From contig CBDCSU010000005.1 of assembly GCA_965221775.1 (NCBI GenBank), positions 768,001 to 832,000 of the forward strand: a DNA stretch of 64,000 bases, read 5' to 3'. This DNA is from Candidatus Latescibacterota bacterium. Its GTDB lineage: Bacteria; Latescibacterota; UBA2968; UBA8231. The notes under the pieces were generated by a model, which searched no databases, had not been told where the DNA came from, and saw only the letters and a list, made by a program, of their open reading frames with translations. The first letter of the stretch is position 1, and each line of letters starts with the position of its first letter. Positions 46,628 through 56,404 of this stretch are shown here, in pieces. The translations under genes and the position numbers were made by a program.

Positions 46628-47859
46628 CTCAGCAGCTCGATGGCGGCCCGGCGCAGCCGCGGCTCCTCGCCGGCGCCCAGGGCGGCGAAGAGAGGCTCGT
46701 CGCCGCCCTCCCGGTGGGCCTCCGGCGTCGGCAGGTAGCCCACCTCGGGACAGGGGTTGGACAGGACCACCAGCGGATCGGCGGCGACCGCCGCGCGGAT
46801 CGCTTCCGCGGTCTCCACGAAGGGCTCGCCCGGCACGTGCAGCAGCACGCCGCCGCCGATGCCCACGGCGCTCAGGGTGACCGGCTGCGCGCCCTTCCCC
46901 TCGAAGTGGCGGGCCCGCCAGTAGTCGTAGCGCGCCAGCCCTTCCGCCTCGGAGGGGCGGGACTCCCACTCCGCCTTCGCCGCCTCCACGCCGGCGGTGG
47001 CCGCCGGCTCCAGCTCCACCGTGGCGGAGCGCAGCTCCAGGTCGGCGGGTCCCGGCTCCAGGCCCGACCACACCTGCCGCACCGTGGCCGCCAGGGACCG
47101 GCCGATGCGCGCCGCCGGGTCCTGCTCGCGGCGCACGGGATGGACGTTGCCGAGGGCTCCCTGGAAAAACAGGGAATCGATCCCGTCCGCGGCCAGCTCC
47201 CGCGACAGGCGGCCCGGGTAGTCGCCGGAGATGTTGCCGCGGTCGTCCCACAGGGCCAGGGCGTGGCAGCCGAAGGCGACGAGGGCCGCGGGCCGGCGGC
47301 CCTCGCGGTCGACCCGCAGGACGGCGACCTGCCGGTCCACGGCGTCGTAGCGCAGCTCCGCGGGCGGCGTCGGGAACTCGGTGAGGCTCACCATCCTCAG
47401 GCGGCCCTCCTCGTCGTGGGCGCGGCGGTTGTACTGCAGGTCCGGCTCGGCGGTCCCGGCGCCGAGGGCGAGACGGGCCGGCACGGCGTCGCGGCAGGCG
47501 GCCTCGACCGCCCCGGCGGCGGCCCCGGCGTAGTCCTCGTCGCGGCCGAACTCCTTGAGGGCTTCCGTGGGCTGGTTGTGGTAGCTGGAGAACAGCGTCG
47601 GGCCGGTGCCTATGTGGCTGGCGCCGGGCAGGATCCACCCGGCATCGACGCCGGCGGCGGCCAGGCGACGCTCCGCCGAGGCGAGCATGGCCTCGTCGAG
47701 GACGAAGAGGTCGGCGGCGAGGAAGGTCACCCGCCGGCCCCCCTGGCGCAGGTGCAGGGCCCGCAGGTAGATGGGGTCGAAGATCTCGAAGCTCGGCGGG
47801 TCGTCCAGGGCCGGGGTGACATCGACCCGGGCGAAGCCGGCCAGCAGGGGATCGCTCAC
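46624..47859 (-). CDS. Neutral/alkaline ceramidase-like protein
   Basis: AGFARVDVTP, DPIYLRAL, ASHIGTGP, FGCHA, ISGDYPG, FFQGALGN, PGEPFVE and GYLPT. Confidence 0.78.
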   Translation of the reverse strand: MSDPLLAGFARVDVTPALDDPPSFEIFDPIYLRALHLRQGGRRVTFLAADLFVLDEAMLASAERRLAAAGVDAGWILPGASHIGTGPTLFSSYHNQPTEALKEFGRDEDYAGAAAGAVEAACRDAVPARLALGAGTAEPDLQYNRRAHDEEGRLRMVSLTEFPTPPAELRYDAVDRQVAVLRVDREGRRPAALVAFGCHALALWDDRGNISGDYPGRLSRELAADGIDSLFFQGALGNVHPVRREQDPAARIGRSLAATVRQVWSGLEPGPADLELRSATVELEPAATAGVEAAKAEWESRPSEAEGLARYDYWRARHFEGKGAQPVTLSAVGIGGGVLLHVPGEPFVETAEAIRAAVAADPLVVLSNPCPEVGYLPTPEAHREGGDEPLFAALGAGEEPRLRRAAIELLS

Positions 47860-47872
47860 GGCGGGGACACCC

Positions 47873-49069
47873 CTACAGCGACCAGGGCACGAGCCACTCG
47901 TCGGGGATATGGATTCCGAAGCCCGGACCCGGGGGCAGGCCCACCTCGCCGTTCACGGGGATCGGGGTGCCCGGCGTGGCGCGGTAGGCCCGGCGCCCGG
48001 CCTCCGACGGCGACCCCTTGTAGCACTCCTCCAGGGGCACCCCCGGCGCGGTTGACTGGATGTACTCGATGAGGCGGGAGCCGGGCGCGGCGAAGCTCCA
48101 GTGCTGGCCGAAGAGCTCGTTGGCGCCGCAGTGCAGGTACATGGGGATCCCCGAGACCTCGCAGGCGTGAGACAGCTTGAGGGCCTCGGTGAAGCCGCCC
48201 ACCCACTTGATGTCCGCCTGCATGATGTCGACGAGGCCCTCGCGGGCGGCGCGCATCCCCGGGTGCCGGGTGGACCAGTGCTCTCCCGTGGCCATCGTCT
48301 GCCACGGCACCCGCCGACGGATCTCGCGGTAGCCCTCGTAGTTCCAGTAGGGCAGCATCTCCTCCATCCAGCCGATGCGGTAGGGACGCAGGGCCTCGCA
48401 CATGCGAACGGAGAAATCGATGTCGTAGGACATCCAGCAGTCGAGCATGAGCTCGGCGTCGGGGCCGATCGTCTCGCGGGTCTTGGCGATGAGCTCGACG
48501 GTGCTCTCGAGGCCGGCCTGCCCGTGGTAGGCCGAGTAGGGGCGGGCGAGCTTGAACCTCGTGAACCCGAGGTGCATGCCCCAGTCGACGTCGTTGCCCG
48601 TGAGGTAGCAGGGCAGGGAGCGCCGGTGAGGGCCCCCCGCCAGGCGGTACACGGGCTGGTCCGCAGTCTTGCCCCACAGGTCCCACAGGGCCAGGTCGAC
48701 GGCGGCCACGGCGCGGGCGGCCAGGCCCTCCATGCCGAAGGAGAGGCACGAGTACCACATGCGGTCGTTGCAGGCGTCGACGGCGCCCACCTCCTGGCCG
48801 ATCACCGCGGGGGCGAGCGTGTGGTTGATGAGGACGGCGGCGGTGTCGCCCGTGTCGGTGCTGCCGAGGCCGAAGGTGCCGTCCGAGGAGGTGGCCTTCA
48901 CCCAGATGATGCCTCCCGGCTCGCGGCGGCGGACGCCGTCGACGAAGCGGTCGAAGGGGGTCCCCTGCTGCGCTCCCCAGCGCTTGCGCCAGGGCTTGGT
49001 GCCCTCGTGCTCGGGGGGTGGCGGCTCGAGGGTGAAGACCTCGATGCGGTCGACGGTTGGCACGCTCAT
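47873..49069 (-). CDS. Mandelate racemase/enolase-superfamily acid-sugar dehydratase (rhamnonate dehydratase-like)
   Basis: AVDLALWDLWGK, LMLDCWMS, WMEE, ATGEH, QADIKWVGG and PGFG. Confidence 0.88.
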   Translation of the reverse strand: MSVPTVDRIEVFTLEPPPPEHEGTKPWRKRWGAQQGTPFDRFVDGVRRREPGGIIWVKATSSDGTFGLGSTDTGDTAAVLINHTLAPAVIGQEVGAVDACNDRMWYSCLSFGMEGLAARAVAAVDLALWDLWGKTADQPVYRLAGGPHRRSLPCYLTGNDVDWGMHLGFTRFKLARPYSAYHGQAGLESTVELIAKTRETIGPDAELMLDCWMSYDIDFSVRMCEALRPYRIGWMEEMLPYWNYEGYREIRRRVPWQTMATGEHWSTRHPGMRAAREGLVDIMQADIKWVGGFTEALKLSHACEVSGIPMYLHCGANELFGQHWSFAAPGSRLIEYIQSTAPGVPLEECYKGSPSEAGRRAYRATPGTPIPVNGEVGLPPGPGFGIHIPDEWLVPWSL

Positions 49070-49097
49070 CCAATGGCTCCTTTCGAATGTGGAGGGA

Positions 49098-49745
49098 TCA
49101 ACCCTCGCCGACCTCGGCCGCGGCAGGGTCGCCGAGGTGGCCCTGGTCCCCGAGACAGCGGATCGTCCAGCGGCCGGTGTCGTCGCGGAGGAAGCGGTTG
49201 AAGCTGGTGTTGCCGACCTCGAAGGGCGCCGCCCCGTCGAAGAAGTCCAGGCCGAGGATGTGGGCGACGAACTCCGAGAGCACGCCGCCGTGGGTGACGG
49301 CGACGATCAGCTCCCCGGGATGGCGGTCGGCGATGGCGTCCACCGCCTCCACGGCGCGCTTGCGGAAGTCGCGGGCGCTCTCCCCTCCCGGCACGGCGTA
49401 GTCCGGGTCGCCGGACTCGTAGCGGCTCCAGACCTCCGGATGGAGCCCCGGGATCTCCTCCTTGCGCAGCCCCTCGAAGAGGCCGTAGCCGCGCTCCCGC
49501 AAGCCGGTCTGTTCGATCAGCTCGTGGTGGTCCGGGTCGCGGATCAGCTCGGCGGTCTGGCGGCAGCGGCCCAGGTCGGAGGTGTACAGGCGCGGGCTGG
49601 TGGTCAGGGCGCGGATGCGCGGGGCCAGCTGCCGGGCCTGGCTCAGGCCTTCCTCCGTCAGCCGGCTGTCGGACTGCCCCTGGAAGATGCGCGCGCGGTT
49701 GAACTCGGTCAGACCGTGGCGGATCAGGATCAGCTGCATGGTCAT
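49098..49745 (-). CDS. Histidine phosphatase (phosphoglycerate mutase superfamily)
   Basis: LIRHGLT, TSDLGRC, LRERGYG, PGGES and VTHGG. Confidence 0.93.
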   Translation of the reverse strand: MTMQLILIRHGLTEFNRARIFQGQSDSRLTEEGLSQARQLAPRIRALTTSPRLYTSDLGRCRQTAELIRDPDHHELIEQTGLRERGYGLFEGLRKEEIPGLHPEVWSRYESGDPDYAVPGGESARDFRKRAVEAVDAIADRHPGELIVAVTHGGVLSEFVAHILGLDFFDGAAPFEVGNTSFNRFLRDDTGRWTIRCLGDQGHLGDPAAAEVGEG

Positions 49746-49861
49746 GCGGCGGCGGCCTCCCGGACGGCGGCGGCGGTGAACTCGGTGAGGCCATGGCGGT
49801 TCAGGATCAACTGCATGGTCATGCGGCGGCGGCCTCCCGGACGGCGGCGGCGGTGAACTCG
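49701..49861. repeat. 77-bp tandem duplication of a gene junction
   Basis: GAACTCG recurs at 49701, 49778 and 49855. The two units differ at 5 positions. Confidence 0.9.
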
Positions 49862-50859
49862 ACGTCGTCGTCGCCGATGTGGCGGTGCAGGGCGAGGCGG
49901 ATCTTCGCCGGAGGCCGCGCGAGGCCGAGGACGCCCCGGGCCTTCAGCTCGTCGCACAGCCCCCGGGCCGGCTCTCCCGGGGCCGCCGACTCCAGCATGA
50001 CGAAGTTCGTGGGGTTCGGCGGCTGCCAGACCGCCAGGCCGTCGAGGCCCTGCAGGGCCCGGCAGAGAGCGCGGGCCCGCCGGTGGTCCGCGGCCAGGCG
50101 GTCGACCATCCCCTCCAGCGCGACCAGGCCGGCGGCGGCGACGACCCCGGCCTGGCGCATGGTGCCGCCCAGCCCCGAGCGCACGGCCCGGGCCTTGTCG
50201 ACGAGCTCCGCGTCTCCGCAGAGCATGGAGCCCACGGGCGCGCCCAGCCCCTTGGAGAGGCAGAACATGACCGAGTCGGCGTGGCGCGCGTACTCCGCCG
50301 CCTCGACGCCCATGGCCACGGCGGCGTTGAACAGCCGGGCGCCGTCCATGTGCACCTTCATGCCGTGCCCGCGGCTCTGCGCCGAGACCGCCTCCACCTC
50401 TTCCGGGGCCCAGGCGTAACCGCCGCTGTGGTTGTGGGTGTTCTCGATGCAGACCAGCGCCGGCCGCTGACCCTGCGCCCGCGCCGCGCTCACCTCCTCC
50501 TCCAGCTGCCGCGGATCGGGCACCCCCAGCTCGGCCTGCAGCGGATGGGGCGCGGCGCCGGCCAGGCTCCAGCTGGCGCGGCGGCTGCCGCCGAAGAGGT
50601 GGGCCCGCTCCTCGAAGAACACGGCGTCGCCTTCCCCCACGTGGGCCAGCAGGGCGCAGTGGTTGCCCATGGTGCCGCTGGGCACGTAGAGGGCGGCCTC
50701 CTTGCCCAGCATGGCCGCCGCCTTCCGCTGCAGGCGCCGGACGGTGGGGTCCTCCCCGAAGGCGTCGTCGCCCACCGCGGCCCGGGCCATGGCCTCGAAC
50801 ATGGCCGCCGTGGGGCGGGTCGTGGTGTCGCTGCGCAGATCGACGGTGCGGTCGCTCAT
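49819..50859 (-). CDS. Low-specificity L-threonine aldolase family
   Basis: DLRSDTTT, VGDDAFGEDPTV, PSGTMGN, IENTHN, HMDGARLFNA and CLSKGLGAPVGS. Confidence 0.93.
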   Translation of the reverse strand: MSDRTVDLRSDTTTRPTAAMFEAMARAAVGDDAFGEDPTVRRLQRKAAAMLGKEAALYVPSGTMGNHCALLAHVGEGDAVFFEERAHLFGGSRRASWSLAGAAPHPLQAELGVPDPRQLEEEVSAARAQGQRPALVCIENTHNHSGGYAWAPEEVEAVSAQSRGHGMKVHMDGARLFNAAVAMGVEAAEYARHADSVMFCLSKGLGAPVGSMLCGDAELVDKARAVRSGLGGTMRQAGVVAAAGLVALEGMVDRLAADHRRARALCRALQGLDGLAVWQPPNPTNFVMLESAAPGEPARGLCDELKARGVLGLARPPAKIRLALHRHIGDDDVEFTAAAVREAAAA

Positions 50860-50864
50860 GGTGG

Positions 50865-51749
50865 TCAGGTCTTCATGCCGCTCAGGCTGATGCCGCCCAC
50901 GAGGTAACGCTGGGCGACGAGGAACAGCAGGATCAGGGGCGCCGCGCCCATGACGGAGGCGGCGAAGACTCGCGGCCAGTCGGCCGAGGTCTCCGAGCGG
51001 AACAGGCTCAACCCCACGGTCAGCGGATAGTAGTCCTCGTTGCTCAGCACCACCAGCGGCCACTCGAACATGTTCCAGGCGCCCATGAAGGTGAACAGCC
51101 CGAGGGTGACGAGGACCGGCCTCGACAAGGGGAGGACCACGTTCACCAGGATGCCCCAGGAGCCGCAGCCGTCGATGCGGGCGGCGTCCTCCAGGTCGGC
51201 GGGGATGTTGAGGAAGGCCTGGCGCAGCAGGAAGATGCCGAAGGCGCCGGCGAAGGAAGGCGCGACGACGCCCCACATGGTGTCCACCAGGCCGAGCTGG
51301 CTGACGACCAGGAAGTTGGGGATCAGCAGCACCGCGGGGGGCACCATCATCGTCGCCAGCAGCATGCCGAAGAGCAGGTCCCGGCCGCGGAAGCGCATGC
51401 GGGCGAAGGCGTAGGCGGCCAGGACGTTGAAGGACAACTGCACCGCCGTGATGAGCAGCGCGTAGAGGAAGCTGTTGCCCAGGAAGCGGTCGATGCCGCC
51501 GTAGCGGATGGCCTCGACGTAGTTGCGCAGCACCGACCAGTCGGCGCCCGGCCAGTCGAGGGCGCTGGCCTCGCCCCGTGCGTGGGCCAGGCGCTCGCCG
51601 ATCTGGTAGCGCGCCGGCACCAGGCTCCGGCGGTCCTCGGCGAACTCCTTCCGCGTCTTCATCGACGACCCCGCCATGTAGGCGTAGGGGTAGGCCATGA
51701 CCACGGCCCCCAGGACCATGGCGAGCAGGGCCGTCCGCCGGCCGCTCAT
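50865..51749 (-). CDS. Carbohydrate ABC permease (MalG-like)
   Basis: AAYAFARMRFRGRD, IPADLEDAARIDG and WNMFEWPL. Confidence 0.93.
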   Translation of the reverse strand: MSGRRTALLAMVLGAVVMAYPYAYMAGSSMKTRKEFAEDRRSLVPARYQIGERLAHARGEASALDWPGADWSVLRNYVEAIRYGGIDRFLGNSFLYALLITAVQLSFNVLAAYAFARMRFRGRDLLFGMLLATMMVPPAVLLIPNFLVVSQLGLVDTMWGVVAPSFAGAFGIFLLRQAFLNIPADLEDAARIDGCGSWGILVNVVLPLSRPVLVTLGLFTFMGAWNMFEWPLVVLSNEDYYPLTVGLSLFRSETSADWPRVFAASVMGAAPLILLFLVAQRYLVGGISLSGMKT

Positions 51750-52588
51750 TCGTCGTAGATCCGGCGCGAGCGGAAGACGCGCATCTGCAGGAAGACGAAG
51801 ACGAAGGTGGCGGCGAAGAGCAGCCAGGCCAGGGCCGAGGCGTAGCCCATCTGTCCGGCCACGGCGAAGGCGTTGATGAAGATCGAGTAGGCGATCACCT
51901 CGGTGCTGCGCTCCGGGCCGCCGCTGGTCATGATGTAGACCGAGGTGAAGACCTGGAAGGAGCCGATGACGGTCATGACGGTGACGAAGACCAGGGTGTT
52001 GCGCAGCATCGGCACGGTGACGTGGCGGAACTGCTGCCAGCGGTTGGCGCCGTCCACCAGGGCCGCGTCGTAGAGGAACCGGGGGATCTCGGTCAGACCG
52101 GCGAGGAAGATGACCATGTTGTATCCCGCCCCGGCCCAGACACCGAGCAGGACCAGGGCCGGCAGCGCCGTCAGCGAGCGGTCGAGGAGCTGCCCGTAGT
52201 TGCCGAAGATGTGGTAGAACACCAGGGCCAGGACGACGCCCGGGGTGATGGAGGGCAGGAAGTAGAGGGTGCGGAACAGGGCCTGCCCGTAGTGGGCGCG
52301 CAGGCACAGCAAGGCCAGGGGCAGGGCCGTGACCAGGGTGCCGGCGACGCTGAGGACCACGTAGACGGCGGTGTGGCGCATGGCCAGGGCGAAGTAGCTG
52401 TCGGGCTCGAAGAGGGCGCGGCGGTAGTTGTCCAGGCCGACGAAGCCGGAGGCCCCGGCGAAGGCGTCGTAGTCGTGGAAACTGACCCACAGGCTGATGC
52501 CCATGCTGACGAAGCTGAAGACGCAGGCCACGGTGAGGGCCGGGGCCACGTAGAGGTAGGGCACCAGCCGCTGCCTCAGCGCCATCAT
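51746..52588 (-). CDS. Carbohydrate ABC permease (MalF-like)
   Basis: FVGLDNY, FRTLYFLP, LYDAALVDGANRWQQFRHVTVP and GYASA. Confidence 0.93.
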   Translation of the reverse strand: MMALRQRLVPYLYVAPALTVACVFSFVSMGISLWVSFHDYDAFAGASGFVGLDNYRRALFEPDSYFALAMRHTAVYVVLSVAGTLVTALPLALLCLRAHYGQALFRTLYFLPSITPGVVLALVFYHIFGNYGQLLDRSLTALPALVLLGVWAGAGYNMVIFLAGLTEIPRFLYDAALVDGANRWQQFRHVTVPMLRNTLVFVTVMTVIGSFQVFTSVYIMTSGGPERSTEVIAYSIFINAFAVAGQMGYASALAWLLFAATFVFVFLQMRVFRSRRIYDE

Positions 52589-54078
52589 CTGGGGGCGGGC
52601 TCCCGGCGGGCGGCGAGCCAGCGCTCCACCTGCTCGCCGTAGCGGCGGAAGACGTTGTCCACGCCCTGGGCGGCAACCTCCATCGCCTCCGCCACCGATG
52701 CGTACGGCCCCTCCCCCGCCGCGATCTGCGGATAGCGCAGGAGGATCGTCTCCACGATCGGGTTGGCCTGGTGGTCGGCGGCGATGATCTCGGTGTGGCG
52801 CAGCTTGTCGCCGGCCAGGCAGATCTGCCGGACGTTGGACAGGTAGGGCCGCTCGGCGAGGGCCTCGGCCCAGCGCCGGCTCTCGTAGAAGTCGCGGCGG
52901 GGGCCGTTGTACCCGAGGTGCCGCGAGCGCAGCAGGTTGCCCTCCAGGCCGCAGACGAACTTCAGGTAGCGCCAGGCCGCCTCCACGTTCGGGCTGCGCC
53001 GGGTGATGACCAGCATGTTGCCCCAGGTGACGGTGGCCGGCCCGTCGCCGCGCGGCCCCGGCGGGAAGGCGGTCTTGGAGAAGTGCCCCCAGCCCATGGT
53101 GTCGCGCATGATGTCCTTGCCCGACCAGGTGCCGGCGGCGATGCAGGCGACGCGGCGCTCCTTGAACAGCTCCGAGTTCGTCAGCTGCCGGTGGAAGGGC
53201 GGGCAGACGCGGTCCACCCAGTAGAGGCGGGCCAGGAACTCGGCGGTCTCCACGCCGGCGGGCTCGGCGAAGAGGGCCCGCGTGCCGGCGCTGTCCTGGA
53301 AGCGCCCGCCGTTGGCCGCCAGCCACGGGCTGAACAGGCCGGCGCCGCTCGACGCGGAGACCACGAAGCCGGCCTGCACCACCTCGCCGTCGGCGTCGCG
53401 GCGGGTCAGCTTGCCGGCGATGCGGCGGAAGTGGTCCCAGCTGGTGACCGCGTCCCAGCGCAGGCGCAGCCAGTCGACGCTGCCGTCGGCCCGGCGCGCG
53501 AAGAGATCGCGGATCTCGTCGTCGCCGGCCGCCGCCTCCTGCAGGATGTCGAGGTTCCACAGCAGGCAGCTGGCGTCGATGATCTGGGGGATGCCGAAGA
53601 CGGCGCCGCTCTCCGTCTGGTTGTGCCGCCACGCCGGCGCCAGGAACGCCTCCCGCCCGATGTGTCCGGGCGTGCCCGGCGCGGCGCCGTCGGTCTGGAG
53701 GAGGTCGTTCAGGGGCCGCAGCATGCCGCGCTGGTAGAACCCCTCGGCCCAGTACACGGAGGACTGGAAGACATCCGGCGGCGAGTCGCCGACCATGGCC
53801 GTGGACAGCTTCTGCACGTAGGTGCCGAAGGGCACGATCTGCAGGATGACGTCCACGTCCGGGTGGCGGGCCTCGAACTCGGCCTCCACTTCGTCGAAGT
53901 AGCGCCCGTACTCCTCGTTGGTGGAGGGGCTCCACCAGTCCCAGACCCGCAGCTGCACCGGGCGGGACTCGCCCGTGAGGCCCTCGACCCAGCGGCGGGT
54001 CATGCCGGCGCGGGAGAGCACGCCGGCCACGATCAGCAGAATCAGGGCGGCGCCGGCGGCCAGCCTCAGGCGGCGCAT
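52585..54078 (-). CDS. Sugar ABC substrate-binding protein
   Basis: N-terminal anchor, FEARHPDVDV, PPDVF, FGIP and EAAWRYLKFV. Confidence 0.88.
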   Translation of the reverse strand: MRRLRLAAGAALILLIVAGVLSRAGMTRRWVEGLTGESRPVQLRVWDWWSPSTNEEYGRYFDEVEAEFEARHPDVDVILQIVPFGTYVQKLSTAMVGDSPPDVFQSSVYWAEGFYQRGMLRPLNDLLQTDGAAPGTPGHIGREAFLAPAWRHNQTESGAVFGIPQIIDASCLLWNLDILQEAAAGDDEIRDLFARRADGSVDWLRLRWDAVTSWDHFRRIAGKLTRRDADGEVVQAGFVVSASSGAGLFSPWLAANGGRFQDSAGTRALFAEPAGVETAEFLARLYWVDRVCPPFHRQLTNSELFKERRVACIAAGTWSGKDIMRDTMGWGHFSKTAFPPGPRGDGPATVTWGNMLVITRRSPNVEAAWRYLKFVCGLEGNLLRSRHLGYNGPRRDFYESRRWAEALAERPYLSNVRQICLAGDKLRHTEIIAADHQANPIVETILLRYPQIAAGEGPYASVAEAMEVAAQGVDNVFRRYGEQVERWLAARREPAPR

Positions 54079-54098
54079 GGTTCGGGGAGCCGGCGGGT

Positions 54099-55124
54099 TC
54101 AGCCGTCGATGGTGCGGCCCAGGAGGCGCAGGAAGTTGCCGCCCCAGACGAGGGCCGTCTCGTCCTCGCTGAAGCCGCGGGCGAGCAGGGCGTGGGTCAG
54201 CTCCGGCAGCCGCGAGACGTCGGGGACCACCGGCTTGGTGCCGCGGCCCAGGCCGTCGAAGTCGGAGCCGATGGCCACGTGTTCCACGCCGACCAGCTCG
54301 GCCACGTAGATCACGTGGTCCACCAGGCGCTCGACGGTGGGGTGCTCCCGGTCGATGAACATCGGCGCGAAGGCGATGCCGAGGACGCCGCCGGCGCCGG
54401 CGAGGGCGCGGATCTGGTCGTCGGTCATGCAGCGCCAGTGGGGGCAGAGGGAGAACACGGCGGTGTGGGTCATGGTCACCGGAAGGCTCGACAGCTCCAG
54501 GACATCGTAGAAGGCGCGGTCGTTGACGTGGGCCAGGTCGGTGACCACGCCTATCTCGTTGCTGGCCCGCAGCACCTCGCGGCCGAAGGCGGTGAGCCCC
54601 TTCAGCTCGCGGCGCGCCTCGTCGCGGTCGGCGGCGGTGCAGGCGCCGAAGGAGCTGGCGCTGCCCTGGAGCAGCTTCGCGTCGTCGCCGCCCTCGCCGT
54701 GGGTGATGCCCAGGGCCCGCAGGCCTATCCGGTAGAGCAGGCGCAGGGTGTCGGCGTCGCCCTCCAGCCAGCGGCCGGCGCCCTCCACCGTCAGCAGGAT
54801 GGAGATCCGGCCGGCGGCGCGGGCCTCCTCCACGTCGCCGGAGGCGCGCACCACCTGGAAGACCTCCGGGTGGGCCTCGACCTGCGCAAGGGTCCGCTCC
54901 AGGGTGACCCAGACGTTGGCCACGGCGCCGTTGCCGACGACGAAGAAGCCGCCGTCGAGGCCGCCGTCGCGCATGCGCGGCACGTCCATGTCGTACTCGG
55001 TGTCGCGCTCCATCCAGCGGAAGGGCCCCTCGCCGCGGGCGACGCGCTCCACGGGGGTGTCGTTGTGGCCGTCGAAGACCAGGATCCGCTCGTGGATCCG
55101 GCGCGACTCTTCCTGGGTGATCAT
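54099..55124 (-). CDS. Membrane dipeptidase (M19) family
   Basis: FDGHND, DVPRMRDGG, LTVEGA, DLAH, THT and IGSDFDG. Confidence 0.92.
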   Translation of the reverse strand: MITQEESRRIHERILVFDGHNDTPVERVARGEGPFRWMERDTEYDMDVPRMRDGGLDGGFFVVGNGAVANVWVTLERTLAQVEAHPEVFQVVRASGDVEEARAAGRISILLTVEGAGRWLEGDADTLRLLYRIGLRALGITHGEGGDDAKLLQGSASSFGACTAADRDEARRELKGLTAFGREVLRASNEIGVVTDLAHVNDRAFYDVLELSSLPVTMTHTAVFSLCPHWRCMTDDQIRALAGAGGVLGIAFAPMFIDREHPTVERLVDHVIYVAELVGVEHVAIGSDFDGLGRGTKPVVPDVSRLPELTHALLARGFSEDETALVWGGNFLRLLGRTIDG

Positions 55125-55134
55125 GGCGTTCCTG

Positions 55135-56181
55135 TCAGAGGGTGGAGAACCGGTATTCCGTCGTCTCCCGGTAGATCTCGCCGGGGCGCAGGATCGTGTT
55201 CGGGAAGTCGGGGCGGTTCACCGAGTCGGGGAAGTGCTGCGTCTCCAGGCAGAGGGCGCAGTGGCGATCGTACGCGGCGCCGGCCTTGCCCCGAGTGGGG
55301 GCGAGGATGTTGGCCGTGTAGAGCTGCACCCCCGGCTGGGTGGTGAAGACCTCCATGCGGCGCCCCTTCAAAGGCTCGATGACCTCGGCGACCAGACGGC
55401 AGGCCTCCCCGTCCCAGCGGTCGATCACGTAGTTGTGGTCGAAGCCGCCCGAAGCGGAGAGGGCGTCGATGCGCCCGCCCACGCGGGCCGGGTCGCGCAG
55501 ATCGAGGGGCGTGCCCTCCACCGGCTGGATGGCCCCCGGCAGGCCGGTGTCGTCGCGCGCCGTGCAGCGGGAGGCCCTGATGGAGATCACGTGGTCGAGG
55601 ACACTGCCGGCGCCGTGGCCGCCGAGGTGGAAGTAGGAGTGGTTGGTCAGGTTGACGGGCGTCGGCCGGTCGGTGGTGGCCAGGTAGTCGATGCGCAGGC
55701 CGTTGGCGCGGGTCAAGGTGTAGAGGATCTCCACCGACAGGGTGCCCGGATAGCCGTCCTCGCCGTCGGGGCTGACGCGGCGGAAGCGGACCCCCGGGCC
55801 CTCGGGAGCGTCCTCCGGCTCGCCGCGCCACAAGGCCCGGTGGAAGCCGCCCTCGCCGCCGTGGATGTGGTTCGGCGGCGCGTTCACGGCCAGCTGCACG
55901 ACGCGCCCGTCCAGCTCGAAGCGACCGTCGGCGATGCGGTTGGCCACGCGGCCGGTGGCGCAGCCGAAGTAGGCGGGGTTGGCCTCGTACTCCGCCACCG
56001 TGTCGAAGCCCAGGACCACGTCGGCCAGGGCGCCGGTGCGGTCCGGCACCTCGATCCCGGCGATCACGGCGCCGATCTCCAGCAGGCGCACCACGCCGCC
56101 GCCGTCGTTGGTGAGGGTGAAGACGGCGACCTCCTCGCCGGCGGCGGTGGCGCCGAAGAGGTCCCGCGTCAGGCCGCTCAT
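55135..56181 (-). CDS. galM: Aldose 1-epimerase (mutarotase)
   Basis: DVVLGFD, GRVANRI, HIHGG, GYPG, NLTNHSYF, GFDHN and CLETQHFPDS. Confidence 0.93.
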   Translation of the reverse strand: MSGLTRDLFGATAAGEEVAVFTLTNDGGGVVRLLEIGAVIAGIEVPDRTGALADVVLGFDTVAEYEANPAYFGCATGRVANRIADGRFELDGRVVQLAVNAPPNHIHGGEGGFHRALWRGEPEDAPEGPGVRFRRVSPDGEDGYPGTLSVEILYTLTRANGLRIDYLATTDRPTPVNLTNHSYFHLGGHGAGSVLDHVISIRASRCTARDDTGLPGAIQPVEGTPLDLRDPARVGGRIDALSASGGFDHNYVIDRWDGEACRLVAEVIEPLKGRRMEVFTTQPGVQLYTANILAPTRGKAGAAYDRHCALCLETQHFPDSVNRPDFPNTILRPGEIYRETTEYRFSTL

Positions 56182-56231
56182 GGGCGGCGGCCGGGGGCGT
56201 CGATGGAGTTCGGTCGGATCATGGGGCGGCA

Positions 56232-56260
56232 AGCATAGCCGGGGCTCCGGGGGGCGGCAA
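56232..56260 (-). promoter_or_regulatory. Sigma70-like promoter upstream of the galM operon
   Basis: TTGCCG-N17-TATGCT on the minus strand, about 50 nt upstream of ATG 56181. Confidence 0.5.
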
Positions 56261-56404
56261 GGTCGGCATCGGGGGTTCGGCCGGGCATCGGGGAGAGCCG
56301 TCCAACCCGCCCCGGTCATTCGAGCCGCCCGGGGGCGGAGGCTGCCGGCCAGGGCCTTTCGGACAACCCCCGGATGCGCCTCCGCCCTTCGTATATTTCC
56401 CACC

